A DNA stretch of 64,000 nucleotides from positions 238,080,001 to 238,144,000 of the forward strand of contig OZ024740.1 of NCBI GenBank assembly GCA_964016885.1. Reading direction: 5' to 3'. The position numbers and the translations under genes are program-made. Every line of letters begins with the position of its first letter. The first letter of the stretch is position 1. The notes beneath the pieces are model-generated. The model ran no database searches. It saw nothing but the letters and a program-made list of their open reading frames with translations, and was not told where the DNA came from. Source of the stretch: Eledone cirrhosa (lineage: Eukaryota). Shown here piece after piece: positions 39,552 through 53,987 of the stretch.

Positions 39552-40781
39552 ACTAAAGTCCTAGTTTGTAGTAAGGAAAATGGCCTTGCTCAGTGTGTAG
39601 GAAAGGAGTAGGCAGAAATTCAATTTTATGTCCCAAATGCAAAGTATGGGTACATAAAAGATGTAGTGGGATCACAGGTAAACTATCTAAGAACGTAGAC
39701 TTTATATGTGGCCGATGCTCAGGTGCAATAGGTAGCAAGTGTCCACAGGATACTAGCCCCTTCTATTGCCCAGATGGTTCTATAGAAATAGTAGACACTT
39801 TCCGTTACCTGGGTGACGAAATCACCAGTGGTGGAGGGTGCTCTGAAAGTACAGTAGCCAGAGTCAGAACGGGATGGAAAAAGTTCAGAGAGCTTATACC
39901 GCTGTTGGCCACAAAAGGTTTCTCTCTAAATATGAAAGGCAGATTGTATGATGCTTGTATATGAACAGCAATGCTACATGGCAGTGAGACATGGGCATTG
40001 CGTGCAGAAGACCTGCGTAGACTGGAAAGGAACGAAGCATGCATGCTCCCTTGGATGTGTAATAGTAATATACGTGAACAGCAAAGCATAAATGAACTAA
40101 GTGAGAAATTAGGAATAAGAGGGATCAGATGCTGTTTACTCGAGAGAAGACTACGTTGGTATGGCCACGTGATGCGCATGAAAGACGACAGCTGTATAAA
40201 AAAGGGCAGAGCGATCAAAATTAATGGTAGTTACGGAGTAGGTAGACCCAGAAAAACCTGGGATGATCTGATAAATTCTGACCTTACACACTTGCACCTC
40301 TCTAAGACAATGTCACTGGACCGAGATCTTTGGCGCTACGCAGTAATACAGAAGACCCGCCTTGCCTATGTACAAAGCGAAACCTACAGTCAGTAGGCAC
40401 CGCTTAACCAAATATACACCCCAATACACTACCCCTACCCTATCCTCCCACTCCCACCAACACCACCCTCTCTCTATAAAGTTGGTACCACAACATCCAG
40501 TCCAAATAAATGAGATAATGAGATCGAGATCGTGTTGGTGTCACGAGAAAAAACACAGTCCACGCTGTAATGTGGTCGTGTAGGTAACACGGTAAAAAGT
40601 TTCCAGTTCTACACTGTAAATGTGGTTGGTGTTAGGAAGGGCATCCAGCCGTAGAAAACCTGCCAGATAGTCCTATATGAGCGAGACATGGTCACCCGAC
40701 CAACCTTGCCTCAAGTGGGACAACTCCCGTCTAACCCATGCTAGCGTGGAAAATGGACGTTAAACGAAGATGATGATGATG

Positions 40782-40783
<2 letters not shown>
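39549..40783 (+). mobile_element. 5'-truncated RTE LINE with intact PHD-like insert
   Basis: ORFs 39593-39964 and 39971-40396; (GAT)n tail; close to the copy at 604. Confidence 0.9.
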
Positions 40784-40828
<45 letters not shown>

Positions 40829-40845
40829 GTATGTTATATATATTT

Positions 40846-41084
40846 ATGTTATGTTGGTACCACAAAATATCCTGCCCACACTGTAAAGTGGTCGTGTAAA
40901 AGACATGGTAAAAAGCACCCAGCATACACTGTAAATGCAGTTGGCGCTAGGAAGGGCATCTAGCCGTAGAAAACCAGCCAGAAATAGTCCTATATGAGCG
41001 AGACACGGTCACCCAACCCAACTTGCCTTTAAATGGGACAAACCCATGCTAACATGGAAGATGGATGTTAAATGATGATGATGA
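40846..41084 (+). mobile_element. RTE 3'UTR fragment
   Basis: matches the 3'UTR of neighbouring copies; (GAT)n tail. Confidence 0.8.
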
Positions 41085-43644
41085 TATAAATATACATAAT
41101 ATATATTTGTTTATTAGTAGTACACATTAAATTTTAAACAAAGAATTTCTGCTTTCACTCTAAGTGGAATCATCTGAAACTGAGAAAAATCAATCTGTAG
41201 ATACAAAAGCAAATATTTCTAAAAAAAGGTTACCACTAAATATTACCTTTAGAAAACAGGAAGACATACCCAGTACGTAAAGATATTCTCTTGCAATGGG
41301 CGAAATGTATGCAAGGATAATTACATCATTATGTGGAGCAAGAACAATTTTTTGCTATGAAAAAATCAGGAGACTAATATTTATTTTAGAATATTAGATT
41401 TCCAGCTACCATGTATGAAAAATTATGTTAATAAAATTAAAATGATTAAACGAAAAAAAAAAGGTATTGATAATAGTAAATGTAATAATGAGAACGTTAA
41501 TAGTAATGTTATCAGATTTAGGCTCATACATAAGTATGAGCTGACCGGTGGGTATACATGTGTAAACGAAGATATAGTGTATAAAAACATGAATACATAT
41601 GAATACAAAAAAAAATTAATTAGCAGTATTTTCAAAAAATGTTCAACACGAACACGCAGCAAAGCAAATCACCATCGCTAAAAATGGAAAAAGCACAAAC
41701 AAACTCTTTCGTTGCAGCAAACTCCTCAACAATTCATATTAAATTCGCAACCCGAAAGAATAAAAAGATAAGGAACAAACAGACGTATACACAGACACCA
41801 AACACGTGGTGAACTTTTCGTTGGGACACATTTTCTTCCACCTAACGGGACATTTTGGCAAAAAAATTTCTCTGGCTTCAAGGACACACATTTTCTCCGA
41901 CAAACCAAAAAAAAAACAGTTTCTCCAACGAACAATAACATTTTTCTACACCCCACGTGTTGTATCATCTAAATGTGTCTCACCTTTTTCTCGCTTACTC
42001 GTTCAACCAAGCCTTTTCCTTCTTCTTCACTACATTCACAGTGAGAATCAAATGGCCAACAGCTACTCTTCTTCTTTCATTTTCGGTAGCCATCTTGTCT
42101 CTTTCGTAATTTTCCCGCGCAAAAGAAATTTTTTCAACTTCAAATTTCACCTTGAACTAGCACGTGTGTAGTGCACAAATCTCGACTCACTGAGATCCCA
42201 CGCTTTGCTATTTTTTTTCAAGGACTTCATCAGCCCAAGCTATTTTTTGTATTTGCCAGTAAAAAATTTGCGAAACTACAATGTCGTAAATTGGGGTTAG
42301 TTACTGTGCATTTATCCTGCATGCTCGTTTCTATGGTCGCAACTTCATCTGGACTTAAACAGATCAACGCTCAACCGCAACACTGACCATCAATGTTGGC
42401 TGTTATTTCTAACACTTTGCACAACAGTTTTTCTGGGATCTTCTAACTGTGAATGAGTTGTTTCCCTTGAAACAACTTCAAAAAGGCTCTGCGATCCACA
42501 TACCACACAAACTTATGTCACACGAGGTGGTTTAGTGGCATTAACAAACTTTTTTTTCAGTTTCAGATAGAATTAGTCTAAAAAAAAGTCTGTACACTGG
42601 TGATATATGAACTATTTGATTTTGAAGACACTTTGAACTTACCATTGAGCATTAATTTTTCTCTGCTCCTTTATGTTAACTTTGAATTATCAGTTTTATT
42701 ACATTTACATTTTTTCTTTGTAAAATGCATTTACTTGTTTTGTGCTTTTTTTGCTATTTGCTTCAGTTGCAAGCTCATCTTTTATTCGCTTTCTTGTACC
42801 TTTGCTTTGCTCCTCATTTCTTACGGGTTCTCGCTACAATGACCTTCGGTTGGTTATTCAACTTCTCGTCTGAGAGAGGAGTCTTGTAGAACTCTCTAGA
42901 CAAAGGGAAGTAGCTAGAGTTACTTCCCGTATAATTTCTAGAATATTCCTTGAACTTCCGTTCCAGGGATTATAAAAGAAAGAGCAAAGGGCAATCTCCC
43001 TCTCATGCAGCTTGACCTTGCTAAGGTAAACACCAATTCTTCTTTTGCTCCGCAAGCACGAACAATATGTAACGACAAAACATTACTTCGGGCCTGGCCA
43101 ATGCCTCAGCCAGTCGACCGTACCTTCTCTTGCAATCTTAATTGGGTTATTTCATTTCTTTTGGCATGCCAGCTTAAACCACCTTTGTTAATAAATTATG
43201 TAAAAAAACATGCTAAAGTTTTACTGTATATTACATCTTATTGCTAAAATGGTGATATAGCTATTATTATCTTTCTGCTAAAAAAGAAATGCAGTATATG
43301 TTAAATGTATTTATATAGTATGTGTATGTGTGTGTGTTTATATATGAGTGTATAAATTGTATATGCATAACATGCATGCATAAAGTATTCATATCAAGTT
43401 TGTAATATAAAGTGTTTGTATCAAATAGGTATATTTAAATTATGTATATATAAATTGCATTTATAACGTGTAATATATGAAAGTGTAAATATAAAGAATA
43501 AAATATTTATATTAATATTCAAGTGAAATGATCAATATAAAGATTTTGCAAGTTTACCAATTTGACTTAGAAATACTGTATGTCACAACAGTACCACAAT
43601 GATTCCACCAGGCGTTACTGAGCCATATATATATATGTAGATTT

Positions 43645-46600
43645 GGAAACCTAGTGGTCATTTGTAACATGCATGGTCAGTTAGTATGTTATATTGTGAT
43701 GGTGGGCTCTGTCAGAAACTCAGAGGTCACTTGTAAAATGTATGGTCAGTTAATTTGCTATACTGTGATCACTGGCTGATGGTGGGCTCAGTCAGAAACC
43801 CACCGGTCATTTGTAAAATGTATGGTCAGTTAGTTTGTTATACTGTGATCACTGGCTGATGGTGGGCTCAGTCAGAAACCCAGTGGTCATTTGTAAAATG
43901 TATGGTCAGTTAGTTTGCTATACTGTGATCACTGGCTGATGGTGGGCTCAGTCAGAAACCCACCGGTCATTTGTAAAATGTATGGTCAGTTAGTTTGCTA
44001 TACTGTGATCACTGGCTGATGGTGGGCTCAGTCAGAAACCCACCGGTCATTTGTAAAATGTATGGTCAGTTAGTTTGTTATACTGTGATCACTGGCTGAT
44101 GGTGGGCTCAGTCAGAAACCCAGTGGTAATTTGTAAAATGTATGGTCAGTTAGTTTGTTATACTGTGATCACTGGCTGATGGTGGGCTCAGTCAGAAACC
44201 CAGTGGTCATTTGTAAAATGTATGGTCAGTTAGTTTGTTATACTGTGATCACTGGCTGATGGTGGGCTCAGTCAGAAACCCACCGGTCATTTGTAAAATG
44301 TATGGTCAGTTAGTTTGTTATACTGTGATCACTGGCTGATGGTGGGCTCAGTCAGAAACCCAGTGGTCATTTATAAAATGTATGGTCAGTTAGTTTGTTA
44401 TACTGTGATCACTGGCTGATGGAGGGCTCAGTCAGAAACCCAGTGGTCATTTGTAAAATGTATGGTCAGTTAGTTTGCTATACTGCAATAACTGGCTGAT
44501 GGTGGGCTCAGTCAGAAACCCAGTGGTCATTTGTAAAATGTATGGTCAGTTAGTTTGTTATACTGTGATCACTGGCTGATGGTGGGCTCAGTCAGAAACC
44601 CAGTGGTAATTTGTAAAATGTATGGTCAGCTAGTTTGTTATATTGTGATGACTGGCTGATGGTGGGCTCAGTCAGAAACCCAGTGGTCATTTGTAAAATG
44701 TATGGTCAGTTAGTTTGTTATACTGTGATCACTGGCTGATGGAGGGCTCAGTCAGAAACCCAGTGGTCATTTGTAAAATGTATGGTCAGTTAGTTTGCTA
44801 TACTGCAATAACTGGCTGATGGTGGGCTCAGTCAGAAACCCAGTGGTCATTTGTAAAATGTATGGTCAGTTAGTTTGTTATACTGTGATCACTGGCTGAT
44901 GGTGGGCTCAGTCAGAAACCCAGTGGTCATTTGTAAAATGTATGGTCAGCTAGTTTGTTATACTGTGATCACTGGCTGATGGTGGGCTCAGTCAGAAACC
45001 CAGTGGTCATTTGTAAAATGTATGGTCAGCTAGTTTGTTATACTGTGATCACTGGCTGATGGAGGGCTCAGTCAGAAACCCAGTGGTCATTTGTAAAATG
45101 TATGGTCAGTTAGTTTGTTATACTGTGATCACTGGCTGATGGTGGGCTCAGTCAGAAACCCAGTGGTCATTTGTAAAATGTATGGTCAGTTAGTTTGCTA
45201 TACTGCAATAACTGGCTGATGGTGGGCTCAGTCAGAAACCCAGTGGTCATTTGTAAAATGTATGGTCAGTTAGTTTGTTATACTGTGATCACTGGCTGAT
45301 GGTGGGCTCAGTCAGAAACCCAGTGGTCATTTGTAAAATGTATGGTCAGTTAGTTTGTTATACTGTGATCACTGGCTGATGGAGGGCTCAGTCAGAAACC
45401 CAGTGGTCATTTGTAAAATGTATGGTCAGTTAGTTTGTTATACTGTGATCACTGGCTGATGGAGGGCTCAGTCAGAAACCCAGTGGTCATTTGTAAAATG
45501 TATGGTCAGTTAGTTTGCTATACTGCAATAACTGGCTGATGGTGGGCTCAGTCAGAAACCCAGTGGTCATTTGTAAAATGTATGGTCAGTTAGTTTGTTA
45601 TACTGTGATCACTGGCTGATGGTGGGCTCAGTCAGAAACCCAGTGGTAATTTGTAAAATGTATGGTCAGCTAGTTTGTTATATTGTGATGACTGGCTGAT
45701 GGTGGGCTCAGTCAGAAACCCAGTGGTCATTTGTAAAATGTATGGTCAGTTAGTTTGTTATACTGTGATCACTGGCTGATGGAGGGCTCAGTCAGAAACC
45801 CAGTGGTCATTTGTAAAATGTATGGTCAGTTAGTTTGCTATACTGCAATAACTGGCTGATGGTGGGCTCAGTCAGAAACCCAGTGGTCATTTGTAAAATG
45901 TATGGTCAGTTAGTTTGTTATACTGTGATCACTGGCTGATGGTGGGCTCAGTCAGAAACCCAGTGGTCATTTGTAAAATGTATGGTCAGCTAGTTTGTTA
46001 TACTGTGATCACTGGCTGATGGTGGGCTCAGTCAGAAACCCAGTGGTCATTTGTAAAATGTATGGTCAGCTAGTTTGTTATACTGTGATCACTGGCTGAT
46101 GGAGGGCTCAGTCAGAAACCCAGTGGTCATTTGTAAAATGTATGGTCAGTTAGTTTGTTATACTGTGATCACTGGCTGATGGTGGGCTCAGTCAGAAACC
46201 CAGTGGTCATTTGTAAAATGTATGGTCAGTTAGTTTGCTATACTGCAATAACTGGCTGATGGTGGGCTCAGTCAGAAACCCAGTGGTCATTTGTAAAATG
46301 TATGGTCAGTTAGTTTGTTATACTGTGATCACTGGCTGATGGTGGGCTCAGTCAGAAACCCAGTGGTCATTTGTAAAATGTATGGTCAGTTAGTTTGTTA
46401 TACTGTGATCACTGGCTGATGGAGGGCTCAGTCAGAAACCCAGTGGTCATTTGTAAAATGTATGGTCAGTTAGTTTGCTATACTGCAATAACTGGCTGAT
46501 GGTGGGCTCAGTCAGAAACCCAGTGGTCATTTGTAAAATGTATGGTCAGTTAGTTTGTTATACTGTGATCACTGGCTGATGGTGGGCTCAGTCAGAAACC

Positions 46601-48045
46601 CAGTGGTCATTTGTAAAATGTATGGTCAGCTAGTTTGTTATACTGTGATCACTGGCTGATGGTGGGCTCAGTCAGAAACCCAGTGGTCATTTGTAAAATG
46701 TATGGTCAGCTAGTTTGTTATACTGTGATCACTGGCTGATGGAGGGCTCAGTCAGAAACCCAGTGGTCATTTGTAAAATGTATGGTCAGTTAGTTTGTTA
46801 TACTGTGATCACTGGCTGATGGTGGGCTCAGTCAGAAACCCAGTGGTCATTTGTAAAATGTATGGTCAGTTAGTTTGCTATACTGCAATAACTGGCTGAT
46901 GGTGGGCTCAGTCAGAAACCCAGTGGTCATTTGTAAAATGTATGGTCAGTTAGTTTGTTATACTGTGATCACTGGCTGATGGTGGGCTCAGTCAGAAACC
47001 CAGTGGTCATTTGTAAAATGTATGGTCAGTTAGTTTGTTATACTGTGATCACTGGCTGATGGAGGGCTCAGTCAGAAACCCAGTGGTCATTTGTAAAATG
47101 TATGGTCAGTTAGTTTGTTATACTGTGATCACTGGCTGATGGAGGGCTCAGTCAGAAACCCAGTGGTCATTTGTAAAATGTATGGTCAGTTAGTTTGCTA
47201 TACTGCAATAACTGGCTGATGGTGGGCTCAGTCAGAAACCCAGTGGTCATTTGTAAAATGTATGGTCAGTTAGTTTGTTATACTGTGATCACTGGCTGAT
47301 GGTGGGCTCAGTCAGAAACCCAGTGGTCATTTGTAAAATGTATGGTCAGCTAGTTTGTTATACTGTGATCACTGGCTGATGGTGGGCTCAGTCAGAAACC
47401 CAGTGGTCATTTGTAAAATGTATGGTCAGCTAGTTTGTTATACTGTGATCACTGGCTGATGGAGGGCTCAGTCAGAAACCCAGTGGTCATTTGTAAAATG
47501 TATGGTCAGTTAGTTTGTTATACTGTGATCACTGGCTGATGGTGGGCTCAGTCAGAAACCCAGTGGTCATTTGTAAAATGTATGGTCAGTTAGTTTGCTA
47601 TACTGCAATAACTGGCTGATGGTGGGCTCAGTCAGAAACCCAGTGGTCATTTGTAAAATGTATGGTCAGTTAGTTTGTTATACTGTGATCACTGGCTGAT
47701 GGTGGGCTCAGTCAGAAACCCAGTGGTCATTTGTAAAATGTATGGTCAGTTAGTTTGTTATACTGTGATCACTGGCTGATGGAGGGCTCAGTCAGAAACC
47801 CAGTGGTCATTTGTAAAATGTATGGTCAGTTAGTTTGTTATACTGTGATCACTGGCTGATGGAGGGCTCAGTCAGAAACCCAGTGGTCATTTGTAAAATG
47901 TATGGTCAGTTAGTTTGTTATACTGTGATCACTGGCTGATGGTGGGCTCAGTAAAAAAAAAAGCCAGTGGTCATTTGTAAAATGTATGGTCAGTTTGTTA
48001 TACAGTGATGGTGAGCTCAGTCAGAAACCCAGAGGTCACTTGTAG
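43645..48045. repeat. 80-bp minisatellite (~53 regular units, degenerate edges) with higher-order duplications
   Basis: unit CAGTGGTCATTTGTAAAATGTATGGTCAGTTAGTTTGTTATACTGTGATCACTGGCTGATGGTGGGCTCAGTCAGAAACC. Confidence 0.95.
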
Positions 48046-48774
48046 CCCTATGGTTATTGGACAAGTATTTGACCAGTTAGTATCCTAATCTTCCCGTGTA
48101 AAATATGTAATAAAGGAGATGGCAACTTCAATAATAGTCAGTTAGTTAGCAAGTGGCGATGGAGTCACTTGTAAAGCATTAGTGGTCAGTGAGATGTTAA
48201 ACCTAGTTGTTAAACCTTTAGTTATTTGGCAGGTGGTTTTGATTATTCCCACATTGGCCCTGAATTATCAATCCTTTGATAAAAGACTTTCCAATCATGT
48301 TCATTCTACCCTTTGACATTATACAATATGTCTTTTATTTTTAATCCAGAAGGGTATGATTTGAAGAAGATTTTGTTATTAGTTCTAGAAATTCTATCGA
48401 CCACATAAAAGCTCTTCAGTTAGCTGGTTAAACACTTATCCAATTTATATTGGCAATTATCTGACTTTACCATAACCCAGTTTTCACAGGGTAGAAGAGG
48501 GCTTTTGGTCATCTGAAATTTGATACAGATATTATATTTTACTGGCTTCACTCATCAGACTTGCAGCCATACAATAAATAAATATAGAACTGACCAATGT
48601 GTTTATCTCTCTAAGATAAACATCAGGAAATATGTTGGTTATTTGGTGTTATTCATTTTGTAGAATTTCTGTGGTAAATGGTAGATTTCACACAGATTAT
48701 ATTACACTTGGTTGACAAATTGAATGTCTGAGATTCAAGAACTTTACTCTCTAGTGGGAGAGAAGGTTTGAGAC

Positions 48775-49000
48775 AGGCTGCAAATAGGCAAAGTTGTTAG
48801 AGCATCAGACTAGATGCCTCTATTTGTTCCAGTTTACTACAGGCTGGGTTCAAATCTCACTGCAGTCAACTTTGCTTTCATCTTTTTGGAGTCAATAAAT
48901 AAAGCACTAGTCCAGAGACAGTGGATTGGTGAAATTAGTAAAGAGTTAGATGGGATGCTTTGCAGTATTTAATTCGTCTTTATTTTGAGTTCAAATCCCA
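48775..49000 (+). mobile_element. degenerate SINE family A copies
   Basis: GGGTTCAAATC, CAACTTTGCTTTCATC...GTCAATAAATAAAGCAC. Confidence 0.55.
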
Positions 49001-49699
49001 CCCACCTCTTTCTGCTAGATATTATGACCAGCAGATAGTATTAGTAAAGGAAAAATCAATGGAAACATAGTTTCCTAGGACCAATCTGACAATCAGCTCT
49101 TTTTTTTTTTTTCTTCTTCTTGAGGTAGTTTACTTTCAGATGACAAAATTTGAGAATTAAGGATATAGTTTTTAAGGGAGTCTCAGAGATTTTACTCACA
49201 AATATTTCCAGATTGTTCTGACAGAAATTAATTTCAGATGATTCCTGGCCATTTTCTACAATTTTCAAATACCCTTAACTGCTATATATAAAAATCAATA
49301 ACACAAGCCAATAAACCATTCTTCTACAGATGTTATCCAACAGAATTGTCTTGACAGAATAATTCCTACCAATCATTGTCTTCTAATGAGTAATTTATGA
49401 AGAGATGAACATTTCTCTATCTCACCCACCCTCACACCTACACACACACACGCATACACACACATGCACACATATGTACACACACTCATTCTCTCTCTTC
49501 TTCTCTTTTACATATTCCTCTCTCCCCCTCCCCTCTCTCTCTCTCTCTTCTCCTAATAATGATGATGATGATGATAATGATATAAGTAGTGGTAGGAGTT
49601 GTTGCTATAGTAAAGATGATAGCAATAATGTAATAGCTGATAATAGCAATCATCATGGCGGTATGTAAATATATTATATATGTGTGTGTGTGTGTGTAT

Positions 49700-51260
49700 A
49701 TATAAACATACATACATGCAAACATACATTTATACATATATACATATATACATATATACATATATACAAATATTTATACATACATGCAAACATACATTTA
49801 TACATATATACATATATACATATATACATATATACATATATACAAATATTTATACATACATGCAAACATACATTTATACATATATACATATATACATATA
49901 TACAAATATTTATACATACATGCAAACATACATTTATACATATATACATATATACATATATACATATATACAAATATTTATACATACATGCAAACATACA
50001 TTTATACATATATACATATATACATATATACATATATACAAATATTTATACATACATGCAAACATACATTTATACATATATACATATATACATATATACA
50101 TATATACAAATATTTATACATACATGCAAACATACATTTATACATATATACATATATACATATATACATATATACAAATATTTATACATACATGCAAACA
50201 TACATTTATACATATATACATATATTCATATATACATATATACATATATACAAATATTTATTCATACATGCAAACATACATTTATACATTTATACATATA
50301 TACATATATACATATATACATATATTTATACATACATGCAAACATACATTTATACATATATACATATATACATATATACATATATACATATATACAAATA
50401 TTTATACATACATGCAAACATACATTTATACATATATACATATATACAAATATTTATACATACATGCAAACATACATTTATACATATATACATATATACA
50501 TATATACATATATACAAATATTTATACATACATGCAAACATACATTTATACATATATACATATATACATATATACAAATATTTATACATACATGCAAACA
50601 TACATTTATACATATATACATATATACATATATACATATATACAAATATTTATACATACATGCAAACATACATTTATACATATATACATATATACATATA
50701 TACATATATACAAATATTTATACATACATGCAAACATACATTTATACATATATACATATATACATATATACATATATACATATATACAAATATTTATACA
50801 TACATGCAAACATACATTTATACATATATACATATATACATATATACATATATACAAATATTTATACATACATGCAAACATACATTTATACATATATACA
50901 TATATTCATATATACATATATACATATATACAAATATTTATTCATACATGCAAACATACATTTATACATTTATACATATATACATATATACATATATACA
51001 TATATTTATACATACATGCAAACATACATTTATACATATATACATATATACATATATACATATATACATATATACAAATATTTATACATACATGCAAACA
51101 TACATTTATACATATATACATATATACAAATATTTATACATACATGCAAACATACATTTATACATATATACATATATACATATATACATATATACAAATA
51201 TTTATACATACATGCAAACATACATTTATACATATATACATATATACATATATACAAATA
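49700..51260. repeat. compound minisatellite: (TACATATA)n interleaved with CAAATATTTATACATACATGCAAACATACATT
   Basis: direct reading; explains the long YI/HT ORFs. Confidence 0.95.
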
Positions 51261-51321
51261 AACAAATAGATATAAACTCCAGTAAACAAAGACAGTGAGA
51301 TTATTATTATCATTATTATAT

Positions 51322-51512
51322 GAGGGTGGTGGATTGGCAGTATCGGTAGAGGGTCGGACGCCATGCTTTGATGCATAGAGTTATGGCCCTTGCCATTCTG
51401 AGTTCAAATCTCGCCGAGGTTAACTTTGCCTTTCAACCTTACGGGGTCGATAAAATAAAGTACTGGGTAATTGCTGGCCTTGTGCCAAAAGTAGAAACAA
51501 TTATTATTATTA
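51322..51512 (+). mobile_element. SINE family A
   Basis: GGTGGATTGGCAGTATCGGTAGAG head, GAGTTCAAATC, Meta-like core. Confidence 0.85.
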
Positions 51513-51521
51513 TTATCATTT

Positions 51522-51920
51522 TGTTGAAAGATGGGTGAGAGAAGCAAGTATGGCCTACTCTGAGTATGTGTCTGTAAATTAAAGGTGGAAAACTGGGAGA
51601 GGGCACTTGCCCTGGTGGTCAGGGTCACTGTGGCCTTAATGGGCTTTCCCCACAAATGTCCCTCGGAAGTCTCCCCCCTATTGGGGAATTTTTCATTGTT
51701 ATTTTTTGTTACATCCTGTTTTTGCTTTTTTTACATGCAGAAATGCCCCTTTGTACCGTCCTGTATTGTCCTGTACTGTTCTTAATGTCTACTTTATGTA
51801 AACCCTTGTGGTTAATAAAGAAAGCATTATTATTATTACTATTGTTATTATTATTATAGAAAGCATTATTATTATTACTATTGTTATTATTATTATAGAA
51901 AGCATTATTATTATTACTAT
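51522..51920 (+). mobile_element. Tx1/L1-like 3' end with reiterated tail
   Basis: similar to 17430-17750; TGTGGTTAATAAAGAAA then ~2.5 copies of a 39-bp tail. Confidence 0.65.
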
Positions 51921-51921
51921 A

Positions 51922-52350
51922 TAGGGCGGTGGATTGGCAGTATCAGTAGAGGGTCGGACGCCATACTTTCCAGCATAGTTACGTCCCTTTACGATCTGAG
52001 TTCAAATCCCGCCGAGGTTGACTTTGCCTTTCATCCTTACGGGGTCGATAAAATAAAGTACCAGTAATGTACTGGGTAATTGCTGGCCTTGTGCCTAAAG
52101 TAGAAACAATTATTATTATTATATTTAGAGGGCGGTGGATTGGCAGTATCGGTAGAGGGTCGGACGCCATGCTTTGCAGCATAGAGTTACGGCTCTTTAT
52201 GATCTGAGCTCAAATCCCGCCGAGGTTAACTTTGCCTTTCATCCTTATGGGGTCGATAAAATAAAGTACCAGTCACGCACTGGGGTCGATTTAATCGACT
52301 TTCCCCTCCCCCAAATTACTGGCCTTGTGCCTATAAGAAACCATTATTAT
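51922..52350 (+). mobile_element. two tandem SINE family A copies
   Basis: heads at ~51922 and ~52128, (ATT)n tails. Confidence 0.85.
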
Positions 52351-53236
52351 TGTTATTACTATTACTATCATTATATCTGTTCTCTTCCATTCTGTGTGTA
52401 CAGATCTACACTTTTTTCTACTCTAACTCTGTTGTAGATATTACCAAAGCAGAAATATAAATATCTCAGTATTTACTTTAAAGTATTTACCACTAAGATT
52501 ACTCAGTGTCAGCTAATCACAGATGATCCGTCTTCCCAATCTCTGTGTAGTTCTACAGAACTGTTTTCTAACTTTCTCACAACGTTTGCTTCCTGCTAAA
52601 AGACCCTTCATAAAATATACATTATGGCTGTTCACTTTATCAAACTAAACACACCAGAGATAGAATAGAGATATCTTCATCACTTCCTATGGTTTGGTTG
52701 GGAATAAAAATAAGATAAAAGCAAAATGAAACACTGCTAGCATCATTGTGTGAGATAGGATATGTTGAGTTGGATTTTGTGGGAGGAAATGAATTGTTGA
52801 TTTATAACGTGTATGTGTGTGTATGTGTGTGTATATATACATATGTATTTATGTATGCATGTGTGTATGAATGTATGTATGTATGTATAAATGTATGTAT
52901 GTATCATCATCATCGTTTAACGTCTATCTTCCACGCTAGCATGTATGTATGTATGTGTGTATGTATGTATATTTGTATGTATGTATTTAGGTATGCATGT
53001 ATGTATAAATGTATGTATGCATGTATGTATGCATGAATGTATGTATGTATGTATGTATAAATGTATGTATGTATGTATCATCATCATCGTTTAACGTCTA
53101 TCTTCCACGCTAGCATGTATGTATGTATGTGTGTATGTATGTATATTTGTATGTATGTATGTATTTAGGTATGCATGTATGTATAAATGTATGTATGCAT
53201 GCATGTATGTATGAATGTATGTATGTATGTATAAAT

Positions 53237-53490
53237 GTGTCTTTCCATTTCTGTTGGGTCGCACATGCGGGACACATTCTTCATCACTCGTACCAAATCT
53301 GCGATCAGAATATTAAACTTAGCACTACTGGACATTGCTGAGTTTTTGAGTATCAGGTATTTGGAGGCCATGGGTTTAGCATAGTGTGAGTGGAGAATTT
53401 GGGCTCTCTCGTTTATAGTGTTAATCCAGAGTTCCGTGTCTAATACAGGTAGTCTATTGTTAGGGTGTTTGGGAGGGTAGTCGATAGTGT
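53237..53490 (-). pseudogene. Penelope-like RT C-terminal fragment
   Basis: DYPPKHPNNRLPVLDTELW...HYAKPMAS...SAMSSSAKFNILIADLVR resembles the PLE RT thumb. Confidence 0.65.
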
Positions 53491-53758
53491 TTCGATACAC
53501 GATTTCATATAAAAAACCTCGCAAAACTATATATATATATATATATATATATTTCGTTTCTGAATTTGTTTAGCAAGATTCTTTATCTGAAATCGTGTGT
53601 TGAAACCGATATTGTTATACTTTGGGGGGGTCATGTTGCCAATAAGAAACACATGCACCAGTTGCTTTCACTTCAATTTATTATATATTTATAAATTTAT
53701 AAATTTATAAATTTCTGGTTGGTTGGTTGGTTCCACAACCAGATAGTTGTTTATATAT

Positions 53759-53803
53759 AGTCATAGTTCTTTCGTCACACACTCTGTGACCTCTTCAGTG
53801 ACT
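53759..53803 (-). ncRNA. minimal type I hammerhead ribozyme
   Basis: reverse complement of 53943-53987. Confidence 0.7.
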
Positions 53804-53942
53804 GGGGATTCCTTTCTTTGTTTCTGTGCCTCTCCTTTGTTCTGTCCTACGCCATTTTGGCGTAGGACAGAACAAAGGAGAGGCACAGAAATGGCGTAGG
53901 ACAGAACAAAGGAGAGGCACAGAAACAAAGAAAGGAATCCCC

Positions 53943-53987
53943 AGTCACTGAAGAGGTCACAGAGTGTGTGACGAAAGAACTATGACT
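53943..53987 (+). ncRNA. minimal type I hammerhead ribozyme
   Basis: AGUCA-CUGAAGA-G-GUCAC(AGAGUGU)GUGAC-GAAA-G(AA)C-UA-UGACU. Confidence 0.7.

Noticed and set aside
41400-43250. less repetitive region with short ORFs and hairpins (e.g. GGGAAGTA/TACTTCCC near 42905-42929)
   Set aside because: no recognisable protein or RNA motif; probably old DNA-transposon debris
43720-47952. CRISPR-like regular array
   Set aside because: no unique spacers, no cas genes, eukaryotic context
49674-51298. ~500-aa ORFs in three frames
   Set aside because: stop-free TACATA minisatellite, not coding
51922-52020. tRNA genes
   Set aside because: A/B-box heads continue into SINE bodies; no full cloverleaf
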